Origin: Lama guanicoe
Lineage: Eukaryota
Assembly (NCBI GenBank): GCA_013239625.1
Contig: MU053754.1
Span: 431,379-495,378 of the forward strand
Reading direction: 5' to 3'
Length of the DNA: 64,000 bases
Positions 52,321-64,000 of the stretch are shown here, in pieces. The notes under the pieces were generated by a model. The model searched no databases and had not been told where the DNA came from. It saw only the letters and a list, made by a program, of their open reading frames with translations. Made by a program: the position numbers and the translations under genes. Numbering within the stretch: the first letter of the stretch is position 1; every line of letters starts with the position of its first letter.

Positions 52321-53392
52321 AAACCCAGCTGAGCCCTGTCAACCCAAGAACCATGAGGAATACAATTTTTTTAAGTCCAGAAAAAGTATTCTTTACGATC
52401 CCCAATTTAGAAATACATCTCAAGTTAGAAATATTAATTCAAGTATCGCACCATGCTTAAGAGTTTTTGGTTACAGTTACACAATCTGAATTAATGTAGA
52501 AACCTTCCTCTAGTTAGACACCCTTTGGGTGTGAGCAGAGGAAGTCAGCACAATAAAATCTCCTAAAAAAGATTAATCGCGGAGAAGCACAGCAACTATG
52601 TGGCTCAAGTATTTTGAAAACTGAGGATATTAGACTCTGTCTCTGCTCTCGTAATGACCAGCTCAGACAAAAGGCATGTGAATATCTCAGTCAAGTCTGC
52701 ATCTCCAACCTGTGGGGTGTCTTACGTATCTGAAGATAAATTAGACTTGAAAAATCTTCTCATCTCCCAATGACCCCCACTCTCATTAAAGTCCATTGTT
52801 GGAAAAACTAGAGTCAACCGAGCAAGTTCCAAACATAGATGCCAAAGCTGGGCCTGTGAAAAAAATCAGTCTTCGTGACATCTTTCGTGCAGAGAAGAGA
52901 ACCAGAAGGAGGTGGGCCTCCTGTGCCTGGATGTGGAAGAGGTGCTGAGAGAAAGTCTGCTTGAAGGCAGAGTAAGCTTCTGAGAGAGAAGGAATAAGAA
53001 CTCTGGACACAGGGCCACGCCAGAGGCCCTCTACCTGGAGATCACTGTTGAGAGAACTTCTCTCTCAGACAGATGAGAATGAAGGTGAGGTCATGCGAGT
53101 CTTTTCCCAATACCCGCCCCTTTCCAATCATGGGGCAGAGGTTTTCCTCTCGATGGAAATACGAAAAGGAATGACACACAGCCACACCCCCTCCACTACC
53201 ACCCTCTCCACCACCACCAAGAAGCGAAGAAACACATTCATACAGAATTAAAATAGAACACAGAGCTTAGGGCCTGAGTTTCTGAATCTAGACAAAATGG
53301 ATCCTTTGCATGATAAAACCAACCCACCTGAAGATTAATGTGTTCTCTGTATTAAAACAAGGTGCACTTCCTCTTGGTTTCTCTCTGCCTAC

Positions 53393-53578
53393 CTCATCAC
53401 CCAAGTCTGAAGACTGACACTGTCTATTGTTAGTGAAGGTGGCGAGAACCGTGTTGTCAAACTGCTGAGGGAGTGTGTCTTGTGACCACCTTTTCTGAAG
53501 GGCCGTTTGCCTAGAACCTTGGGGAGTTTTAATCTGGTTTTCCCGTTGAGCTGGCATTTCAACCTGTAGTGGTTTCTC
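53393..53578 (-). other. Candidate exon (186 nt) of an unidentified transcript
   Basis: Acceptor tatttctgtag| and donor GAG|gtaggc. Open in phase 0 (EKPLQVEMPAQRENQIKTPQGSRQTALQKRWSQDTLPQQFDNTVLATFTNNRQCQSSDLGDE) and in a second frame. No homolog recognised. Confidence 0.3.
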
Positions 53579-54769
53579 CTACAGAAATACCTGCTGTGGA
53601 CAAAGAGATGCACAGAGATCACAGAGAAGCTAAGGGACCCCGAACAGGCAGCGATCTGCTGAGTGTTCATGTGTTCACACAAGGGCAACTTAAAAGAGTA
53701 AGTTAATTCAAAAACATGATTGCTTTGATATGCTATGAATGGGAAAAAAATAAAAGTTACAGAGGAATATCTATTCTGTACAAAGTATGAACCAAATCTA
53801 TTGTTGTGCTAAAGAACAAGAGGTACTTTTGTGTCTCTATATACACGGAGAGAAACAAGCACCAAACATAATGAGTATTCCATATATATAGGAGATGCTG
53901 TGAAGACACTTTTCCTTTTGTTTTTTAATGTATATACAGATTTTTTTTCCAATGTGCCTATACCATTTTGAATGAAAACACCACGTAATTTTTAAGAAAG
54001 ATCGGCTGCCACATTTGAAGTTTCTAAAAACACACAGACTGCATGTAGTAGGAGGCAGGTGCTCATTGAGTATTTGTAGCTTGACAGCCTCAGAGTTTTT
54101 CCTGTATCTTTTGTTTTTTTTTTTCAGTAAGTCTTCTGACTTGTGCAGAGGAAGTAAACCACCTGAAACTAACATGTCACACATTGTCAGGCTCAGAAAC
54201 CTCTTTCTTCAAAATAACCCCAAGGGGAAAATACATCAGCCCAAATAGTCACAGTTTGCAAATGCTTTGCATGTAGAAGGTAAATGTAAAAATAAGTGAC
54301 ATTTTCTTACTACAAAATTCTGAAACATAATAGTATTTTTGTAAATATTGTTGCAGATTATCTGGTGTCATGAAAGGTGATAAAATCCAGAAAAACCCGC
54401 AGAATGCGAACAGAGCTTTAAATAAGAGCGTTCATCAAAGGTATGAAGACACGTCATTTAGACGCCATCGCAGTGAAGACACTAGTGAGTACAAAGCTAA
54501 GGGTAACTAACGTGTTGATAACTATGTACAAGAATTCAGTACCTTGCATAATTCCCGCTTTCTAGCCTTCTATTTTCATCCATTTTCTACATTTTCATAA
54601 GCCATAAATAAAAGTTTGTTTCTTCCCCTTTTTCATGCCTGTTCTCCCATAAACAACCTTCTACTGACAGTCGTGGGTTATTCAGGAAGAACAAGATGAT
54701 GGGAAGTAAAATGAGTCGGTAAGGGGCATTTTTCTTTATTCTAAACATTCCACCTGTCTAACTGTATTT

Positions 54770-55316
54770 ATGGCATGTCAAACACCTGTTTTTATTGCCA
54801 AGGGACCAATCTGGTTCTAAAGTCGCAGGCAGTGATGGTCTGGGAGGGTGTTCAGATACAGTTTCTCGAGCAAGGCAGATGGCAATCAAAAGTAACTTCA
54901 CAATTTTACTTTTTACCACAACCACATAAACCTGAAGAGACGCATGGGGGCAGCATGGCCACGACTTCACAGTAAACGGTGCGCAGCCCGCGTTCGGAGT
55001 GTGCGTGAGGGACGGCCTCGGTGAGCGTGCACCAGCGGAAGGGACGGAATGTGGAGATCAATAATCCCCACGTCACGGTGGTCAGTCAGAAATCAACCCC
55101 GAGCGCTCCGCGGTGGGCGAGCAACAGCAAAAGGCGTCTCTGAGAGCCCTGCGGACTGCACTTCCCCAGAAAAGCAGTCCCTTTCAGGCCCAGCAGGGGC
55201 AGATGTGGCTCTTTCCAGTCAGTGTGAGGAGGTGGTACTCAGGGAGGCATGTAATGGACTGTACTGAGAAGATGAGATTCCAGACCAACCGACGCTTGGG
55301 ACAAAAGGTAGAGTTA
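54770..55316 (-). other. Candidate terminal exon of an unidentified transcript
   Basis: Strong acceptor ttggtttttatttttcag| at 55317, a short open tail ending in TGA at 55219-55221, and minus-strand AATAAA at 54791-54796 (a second at 54735-54740). Confidence 0.3.
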
Positions 55317-56343
55317 CTGAAAAATAAAAACCAACTGTCGGAGGCAGTGGTTTGGACAGTTCCTTCCATAAAGGACAATAGTTAACTGTGAAAGCAGGAC
55401 CCCTCTCCTGTTGAGTCATCAGCTCAAGGACAGTCACCTTGGAAGGCGCCAAGACTTCTCATGACCTAGGCCAGTAATAAACTGATTGATAAAACCAAAT
55501 CCTTCAACCGTGGGCAGCAGGAATGCTCTTCATCTTTAGGGTGTGCAGGATTATCAAATCATCGGACATGGGTACAGGGGGTAAAGTTGATGAAAACAAG
55601 AGAACCCTAAAAATGAGTAAGAGAGTAAGAATATAGACAAGAAAAAACCCATTAAATTTATTAGCACTTCTGATGTGATTAGCCCAAGTGAACCAATCCA
55701 GTTTTCAACAAATTTAATACTATGTGTGTATTGTCTGCTTTTTAATAGTGCTTAATTAAAGCATTTAAGAAAATCAAATGTATCAGACTGGTTTGAATTA
55801 AATAATTAGAAAAAAATTCATTAGGTGTGCAATGAATGTTTTAAGGCCTGTGGAAATCTGTTTAATGAATAAGCTTTTGCTTTATTGGTTATATAAATAA
55901 AATACAGATCTTTAGAAGAATGCTATATAAGTAAATTAGATATCAAAGTACAAACAGTGGTGTTCTTCATGCACATAAGTGCTTTGGATATTAAGGAATC
56001 TATCAACATTAAAAAGGACAGATGCATCAAATCTCACATTGTTTATAGCTAGTTGAGACGGGTAAGACTGAAATCAGACTCCAGACGTACATGTCTGTAG
56101 AGGAGAGAGAAACCTAAGGACACAGTGTGCTCTGGAATATGATAAAGCTCCTGTAACTATGGAGTATGTTATCACTAAGAATATGCGATCCAGAAATATT
56201 TAAATTAGCAGGAAACAAACAAGATCACCCCATGGAAATATGTGTTAGTTACTAACAGAACTGATCTTTAACAGAGATGCTTACCACTAAACGGAAAGTA
56301 GGTGGTATCGTTCAGCAGTGAAAAAGTTAAAAGCCAAAGGATA

Positions 56344-59300
56344 GCCTGGGGCCAAGGCGGTGGAGTAGAAGGATGCTCGTAGCTCACCCTCTCCCACAAA
56401 TACACCAAAACGCACATCCACCGACCCACCCAGCCAGCCAGAGCACCTGCTGAACTCCAGCAGAACATCACCCTCTTCAAAAGACAAAGACACCATGAAT
56501 CTGGTAGGAGAAAAGGAAAAAACAAAGTAGAAAAAGCAAAACTGTGGGGCGGGTCCTGCGGGGAGGGAGCGGCAAAGGAAGACTAGCGCTCGTTCGCTGA
56601 ATCTCCCCCTCTCCAACGGGGAGGTCAGCGGGATGGAGGTGGGGCCACCTCAGATCTGTACGGAGCAGCTCTTGATCAACAGAACTAAGGTAAAGGGGCA
56701 TAGAAGGTCTCTGCAACTCCCAGCCCTAGAGGCAGAGCAGCAGGAGGGGGCTGCGACAGGCTGTGCCAGCCGTGCAGAGGACTGGGGCGGCTGCAGGGTG
56801 CTGTGCGCTGTGGCTGGGAGGGGATACAGAGCAGAACCACCTTGGCCCCCATAAAACAACAGGGCTGATCTGCCCTGGGGGGAAGGGTGCCACAGCTGCA
56901 TCTCTGAAAACCCACGGGAGGGTTTTGGGCCAAGAGAGGCGGGGCTCAGGCACAGCCACCATACCTTACAGCGCTGAGCACCCAGGCGGGGGCGGGGCCG
57001 AAACCTGAATCCTACCTAAGGGCTCAGCAGCCTCAAAGGCCAAAGGAGACTTGTCTGCAGCCCGAGGCAGATAGGATCCTTCCGCCCTGGGACCTCACCA
57101 CCACCAAGACAAACAAGGAGCTGAGTTTTGGCATGGAGCAGGGGTGCGGCTGTTCCGCCGTCTTCCCCGAGCCCGCCTACAATCGCGGACCCGGAGGAGT
57201 GGAGCGGGCAGCTGCACAGAGCAGCAGAGCGACCGGTGCCGCAAGAGGGCGGGGGGCCACCTGCCTTCCTGGCAGGAACGGAGCCCCTGACCGCGGTGCT
57301 GGAACGGGGCGCGCTCTGCTTGCAGACAGGCACTGGGAGCAGCACAGACGAGCGCCAACGGAGGGCTTCTGGAAACAGCAAGCTGAGTTCACGAAACAGG
57401 GCAAAGACGGAAAGACCTCTCGATAAAATCATTAAGAGCGCAGTCTCCCCGAGAACACATTCCCCTCACATTTTTTTCTAATCTGTTCTATTATTACCTT
57501 TTTTTACTTTTACTTTTTAAACAATTGTATGTTTCCAATTCTAATCCCTTTAAATTTTTTCTTTAAAAATTTTTTTTATTATTTTTAAAAACCCACATTT
57601 CATTTTTATTTCTCTTGGTTTTGATCTCATTATTGATTATACACAGGTTTCAAATTTTTTGTTGTTCCTTTCTCCTTTTTTAAAGGTTTTTAAAAGACGT
57701 CTCAACCTGATTGCTATTCTGCTTCAACTTGCTTTTCTATTATTCATTATACACTGTTTTCCAACCTTTTCTTTCCTCCCTTCTTTTAAAATTCAGTTTT
57801 TATCTTTTTTTATCGTTCTATTTTCTATTACCTTTTTAATTTTTACTTTTTAAACAATTCTGTCTCCAGTTTTAATTGCTTTTAATTTTTTCTTTTAAAA
57901 TATTTTTTATTATTTTTATTTTTAAAAATCTACCTCATTTCATTTTCATTTCTCTTGTTTTTGATCTGACTATATGCAGATGACATAATACTATATATAG
58001 AAAACCCTAAAGGGCCACACAAAAACTACTAGAGCTGACCGAAGAATTCAGCAAGGTACCAGGCTAGAAGATTAATGTTCAAAAATCAGTTGCATTTCTT
58101 TTCACTAAAGATGAATCAACAGAAAAAGAAAGTAAAGAAACATTCCCCTTTAAAATAGCACCCAAAGTAATAAAATACCTAGGAATAAATCTAACCAAGG
58201 AGGTGAAACACTTATACACAGAAAACTATAAACCATTGATGAAGGAAATTAAAGAAGACTTAAAAAAATGAAAAGATACCCCATGCTCCTGGATTGGAAG
58301 AATCAATATTGTTAAAATGGTCACACTGCACCAGGCAATCTACAGATTTAATGCAATCCCTATCAAATTACCTGACATATTTCACACAACTAAAACAAAT
58401 CATAATAAAATTTACATGGAACCACAAAAGACCTAGAATTGCCAAAGCATTACTGAAGAAAAAGAAAGAGGCTAGAGGAATAACTCTCCCACACTTCAGA
58501 CAATACTATACAGCTACAGTCATCAAGACAGCATGGTATTGGTACAAAAACAGACATACGGACCAATGGAACAGAATAGAGCGCCCAGAAATGAACCCAC
58601 AAACTTTTGGTCAACTCATCTTCGACAAAAACAAAGGAGGATATACAATGGAATAAAGACAGCCTCTTCTGCAAGTGGTGTGGGAAAACTGGACAGCAGC
58701 ATGTAAATCAGTGAAGCTAGAACACTCCCTTACACCATACACAAAAATCAACTCCAAATGGATCAAAGACAAGATAAGACAAGATACAGTAAACCTCCTA
58801 GAGGAAAATATAGGCAAAACATTATCTGACATCTCAAAAATCTTCTCCTAGGGCAGTCTACCCAAGCAGTAGAAATAAAAGCGAGAATAAACAAATGGGA
58901 CCTAATTAAACTTACAAGCTTCTGCACAGCAAAGAAAACCATAAGTAAAACAAAACGACAACCTACGGAATGGAAGAAAATTTTTGCAAATGATGAAACC
59001 AAGGAAAGCTTGATCTCCAGAATATATAAGCAGCTCATGTGATATAATAAGAAAAAAACAAACCCAGTCCAAAAATGGGCAGAAGACCTAAACAAGCAAT
59101 TCTCCAAGGAAGACATACAAGTGATCAATGGGCACATGAAAAAAATGCTCAATATCACTAATTATTCAGAGAAATGCAAATGAAAACTATGATGAGGTAT
59201 CACCTCACACCAGTCAGAATATGGCCATCATTCAAAAATCCACAAATGACAAATGCTGGAGAGGCTGTGGACAAAAGGGTACTCTCCTACACTGCTGGTG

Positions 59301-60007
59301 GGAATGCAGTTTGGTGCAGCCACTGTGGAAAACAATATGGAGATTCCTCAAAAGACTAGGAATAGACTTACCATACGACCCAGGAATCCCACTCCTGGGC
59401 TTGTATCCAGAAGGAAATCTACTTCAGGATGACACCTGCACCCCAATGTTCATAGGAGCACTATTTACAATAGCCAAGACATGGAAACAGCCTAAATGTC
59501 CATCAACAGGTGACCGGATAAAGAAGATGTGGTCTATTTTCACAATGGAATACTATTCAGCCATAAAAACTGACAACATAACACCATTTGCAGCAACATG
59601 ATGTTCCTGGAGAATGTCATTCCAAGTGAAGTAAGCCAGAAAGAGAAAGAAAAATATCATATGAGATCGCTCATATGTGGAATGTTCAAAAAAAAAAAAG
59701 AACATAAATACAAAACAGAAACAGACTCATAGACATAGAATACAAACCTGTGGTTGCCAAGGGGGTGGGGGATGGGAAGGGACAGACTGGGATTTCAAAA
59801 TTTGTAGATACTGACAGGTATATGCAGAATAGATAAAGAAGATTATACTGTATAGCACAGGGAAATATACACAAGATCTTGTGGTAGCCCACGGCGAAAA
59901 ATGAGAATATATGTAAATTCATGCGTAACTGAAAAATTGTGCTCTACACTGGAATTTGACACAAAATTGTAAAATGACTATAACTCAGTTTTAAAAATGT
60001 TAAATAA
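56344..60007 (+). mobile_element. Camelid-type L1 with 5'UTR and 3' end intact but ORF1 and the 5' half of ORF2 missing
   Basis: Perfect TSD aaaagccaaaggata (56329-56343, 60008-60022). 5' start ggggccaaggcggtggagtagaagga, CpG-rich 5'UTR, T-rich repeats, then tatgcagatgac (YADD) at ~57973, then ORF2 C-terminus ([19 protein letters not shown]) and 3'UTR. Confidence 0.95.
57485..57967 (+). repeat. T-rich direct repeat (period ~335 bp, ~1.4 copies) in the L1 5'UTR
   Basis: tattaccttttt..ttttactttttaaacaatt...catttcattt...atttctcttg.tttt.gatct occurs at ~57490-57627 and again at ~57826-57967. Confidence 0.8.
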
Positions 60008-61013
60008 AAAAGCCAAAGGATAAATACAGGTGCTTTTTCCCACATCCGGATGGGAGGTGGGGGGGCCCTTTGGGAAAGAACAACACAGTTGAGGGTCTCA
60101 GAGTGAGGGTGGTGATAAAGGTAAGTCAAGTCTGATGGTGCCTCAGAGAGCGGCAAGTTGAGACATTCCAAACGCAGTCAGATAAACGGGTCTGGGGCGT
60201 TGTATGATGGGAAGCTTGGACCCGAGCTTGATCCTGGGCATCATCAGCCCATAGAGTGCATTTGTAGATCCATGCACCTCCTAAGAAGAAGGAACAGGAA
60301 TGGTTCAGGGCTCACAAGATGACCTGAAATGCACCAATGTGAAGAGGCCGTGTTGAAGGGAGAGGCTGACACGGGACACTAAGGGCCGGGCACGTAGGAG
60401 GAAACAGATAGGAGAGCGTGCCCGTCTGGGGACAGAATGTGTCCTCCGGCTGGGACATCAAGCAATGTGAGCAATGACACATGCCCCTGTGTCTACTAAT
60501 GCCCTTCTGCTGAGAGGGGGCAGTGTGACAAAGGCATGGGCCACACTGGGACAGGAGAGGGTTTACAGAGAGAGTCAAGGAGGCGATAAGTTGGGCTCTG
60601 AGTAAGCAGAGATTGAGATGATGGTGTCTCAAAGGAGAGTGGAGCCCTGGAGAGCTTTTCACTTGTAACATGGGAGATGCTGAAGCCTGTTGGTGATGGA
60701 AAGTACCAAAGAAGAAGGGAGAGGGTGGTGATGAAGCAGACAGCAGGTAAATGATGGAAAGACTTCCCTGGAGAGATAAGAGGTGATAAGACACGAGGTA
60801 GTCCTACAGAGTAAATGCACAAACTGGGCTATGGGAGGGGGGGAGACATCTTCTCCAAGGTGGGAGGACAGGAAGATGTGATACACTGATTATGAGAAGG
60901 GGATGGAATTCCCACGGGATGCCTTTCATTTCCCCCATAGTGTATGTACAAGGGGAAGTTCTAGGCTGATTCAGAGAAAAACTGGGGAAGCATAACATTT
61001 TAGCAGAAGACAA

Positions 61014-61162
61014 GGGGGAGGTTACAGCTCAGTGGTGGAGCACGTGCTTAGCATGTACAAGGTCCTGGGTTCAATCCCCAGTGCCTCCTCTATAAATAAA
61101 TAAGTAAACCTAATTACCTCCTTAACACCCCCCAAAAAAATCAAAAACAAAATTTTAAAAAA
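61014..61162 (+). mobile_element. Vic-1-like SINE
   Basis: gggggaggttacagctcagtggtggagcacgtgcttagcatgtacaaggtcctgggttcaatcccc...taaataaataagtaaacctaattacctcc plus an A-rich tail; flanked by agcagaaga on both sides. Confidence 0.9.
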
Positions 61163-62361
61163 AGCAGAAGAGGAAAGGAAGCACAGCGTTACCACAGCAG
61201 AATAACAGAGGGGTGAATTCACTGGGAGAGATTTTTAAACATTACAACTAATTTAACAGAATTTGAAAACTAAGATTTTTGCAAAATTTCGGTATAACAA
61301 AAATATAACACATGAACTATTTTAGAAAGTCTTAAACTCTATAAATTATAAAGTAAACTGCTAAGTAGGTGATTCTACCACTGACAGTAGAAAGGCAAAT
61401 AGCGTCGTAACCAATCACTAAAATCAGTTACTGCAGAACCGTCCTATCCCCTATTAGTAGACTTTTTCCTCAGATGGTAATGGAATTTGGATATTCATTT
61501 TCTATTAATGTCAAAGGTAAAGCAATTTTCTCTAATAAGTTTAGAAAGTGGCCGACAGTACAGCGCTACTACAAATAGCGTGTCTTATGGAAGTCCGCGT
61601 CAGAAAGGAACTACCTCGCGCTTGTGGTATTTCCATGTTTCTCTCCCAGACTCAGGTCTCACTTCTCCCAGTCCATGTCTCCACCCCACTACATCAGGCG
61701 CCGCTCTGACGCTTAGCATCCTAGCATCCTTCATGCCACAACCTTCCAGTTGCCTGTGCCACCATCAGAGCCCCCACTCCCTGTTTGCAGGTGTCGACTC
61801 TTCAGTTGTGCTAGAAAGCTCCAAAAGCCAGTTACTGGTTTCATGAATAGTCACGCAAATGATCGCGGGGAGCCTGGCAGACCCACAGTTTTTGTTACAT
61901 AAATGTTCTAAACTTAGATGCTTTGTCTCTTATTCTGGAATGAAAGGCAACACCCTGTTCACTTTCTCTCCTCTACCCGACAAATACGTTTCTTTGTTCT
62001 AGCCCACGTCTCTCTTCCTAAAAGAACACTTTAGTCTCGCACTTATGCCAGCCTGTCAGGTGTCACCAGAAACTTGCTCAGTAAGTGTACACTTTGAACG
62101 TTCTCTTCCTTTCCTCCATCCACCGGACCTTCCTCATCTGCTGACAAAGATGCCAAACACTTTTTTCCTCATCTCTGTACTGTCCCCAACCAGAAATATC
62201 CATCCACATAAATTTTCATGTTTACTGTTCTCCCTCCATCTCTTTAATATCAAACACCTTGGAAGGAAATCTGTCTATAAAATACAGCAACATTGTGTGT
62301 ATCATCTGCCACTTACTGCCCTCCTAGAACACTGTATTCCCGTCACTGTGGAATCCACCAT

Positions 62362-62523
62362 CTGAGCAGCATTGCCCAAGACTCAAGGCATCACTTGGGA
62401 ACGCTGTTATAATGCAGACTCTGTCCGTGAGGTTGGGGACGAAGCCTGAGATTCTGCACTTCCAACAAGTTCCCAAGTGATGCCCTGGTGTTGGTTCACG
62501 GACCACAGTTTGAAATGCAAGGA
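62362..62523. mobile_element. MER5A1-type MITE
   Basis: gcatcacttgggaacgctgttataatgcagactc...gagattctgcacttccaacaagttcccaagtgatg...ggaccacagtttga. Confidence 0.75.
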
Positions 62524-64000
62524 CCTAAATAAAGCACCGTTGCTCAAAGATGTACTAGTTTTTTTTGCAAGCTATCGTTTCACAATGAAGACTGGAACCT
62601 CGTCGACAGGTTTTCTCCTGTTTTCCCTCTTCAACTCAATGCTGTTGGCTGAGCCCATCCTTCCACAGAGTCAGTGCTCACAGACAGTCTGTCTCTATGA
62701 TGTCGCAGCCAGGAACTTTTCCATCCTTAATCTAGCCAGCCTCCCTCCTCTGCTGAATTCAACACAGTTGACCACCCATATGATGAAAATGTACAACTTC
62801 AGCTTCCCAGAGGGGAACAGATTCTTTTAATAGCATCACTGCACAAACATCACTTTTATTCTTTAGCAAAAGCCAGGAATAAAAATATTCCCGTATTTAG
62901 CTCTTCCCATATTGTCTGAGCCTCAGGCCGAAGAGGCATACAGGCGAACGTGGCCTCTGAGCCTGAAGTGTCAAAATGTCCACTCCCCACCCCCACCAGC
63001 ACACAGGACGAGAGACGGCACGTGACCCGATCACACCCAATCAGAACTTCCTCTCAGACTCTTCTATTGAGTCTATTAGAAAAATTTCCTCCCTACGCCC
63101 TGTGGCTGCCAATATAGTAAAATCTGAGTTTTGCTCTGAGAACAGCCACCTTTGTCACCACCTGGGCAGAACCTGTCCTGAAGACAGTGGGTATCCGGGC
63201 ACTTAACTGGGCCGCTGTGTGCGCCAGGTAGACTCTGGACTGTACACAGAACGTTCCAGGGACTCCATCCTCTTTATTTTACCTCTCCTTGGCTGAAGGT
63301 AATTTGAATTGAGGTTCCAGCATGTGCAAAAACCTGTGACAATTAACTGTCCTAAACATGGTCCCTTTATCTGAGTTCCCTTAAATAAGAAACGTCTCTA
63401 ATGCTTCCTTAGAAAAATGCACAGACGACACTGAGAAATTACCTATCCGTCCTCGGCTGTCACTGAGCATTTATCCTGCCAGATGAACTTTACCATCCGT
63501 TTGTCACACTTTGAAGACAAAAATATCAAGGGTGTGACTGAAGTTTGTAAAATGCATTCTGTGTGTCAGAATGTCACCTCCCCATCCCAGATTATGTGTC
63601 ATTACCACGTAACTAGGGAAGACTGTACGGTTTTCAGATGTGCCTTACACATTAAGATGTGATGCATCTCTTGCTATGGTGAATGTATTGTTCTACTTTT
63701 AAAATTCTACTGGTATAAAAGTACTATAAATTTTCATAAATTAGTATAGAATTTTTAATAACTTCTTTAAATTCTCATAGTACTTTTTCAGTTGACTGTC
63801 TCAGATTTTTAGGCATAGAATCATTTGTTCCCCAACTATTAAACATCTTTGGTGTCAGGTCATGTGCACAGTGCTAGACGCAACTTACAAATGACAAAGG
63901 TTTTCCCACTGTTTCCACTTTCTTCAGCTTTTACTTATCTTTGCTTCTGTAATTTCTAGACCTTCCACAACCACTGGCATTGTAGCAAAGATGTCAGGCA

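Noticed and set aside
58294..59601. L1 ORF2 peptides as a functional CDS (also 50422-51988)
   Set aside because: Multiple frameshifts and stops, and the endonuclease is missing. These are dead retrotransposon remnants.
1..64000. CRISPR arrays, operons or prokaryotic defence systems
   Set aside because: The sequence is mammalian (L1, L2, MIR, MaLR, CpG depletion). There is no repeat-spacer array and no gene-dense coding structure.

Overview
Mammalian nuclear DNA, very probably camelid (camel/llama/alpaca), inferred from six copies of a tRNA-derived Vic-1-like SINE and cetartiodactyl-type L1, Tigger1 and LTR repeats. I could not recognise any protein-coding gene, rRNA, genuine tRNA or CRISPR array. 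Most entries in the ORF track are short, often start at non-ATG codons, or are broken L1 ORF2 pieces. The window looks intergenic or intronic and is rich in transposons (L1, L2, MIR, MLT1/MLT2, ERV1-like LTRs, MER5, MER20, MER82, Tigger1). Repeat subfamily names are from memory and need RepeatMasker/Dfam confirmation. The notable features are: (i) a CpG island at ~46.2-47.05 kb with clustered minus-strand splice donors and a plausible exon 2 at 42541-42795 carrying a strong-Kozak 60-aa ORF; (ii) a 3.66-kb L1 with perfect 15-bp target-site duplications (TSDs) whose 5'UTR is fused directly to the RT YADD motif of ORF2, and which carries an antisense ATG ORF with splice donors facing candidate minus-strand exons; (iii) two L1 5'-inversion (twin-priming) insertions; (iv) repeat-free, homeodomain-motif-rich blocks with perfect palindromes that resemble conserved enhancers.
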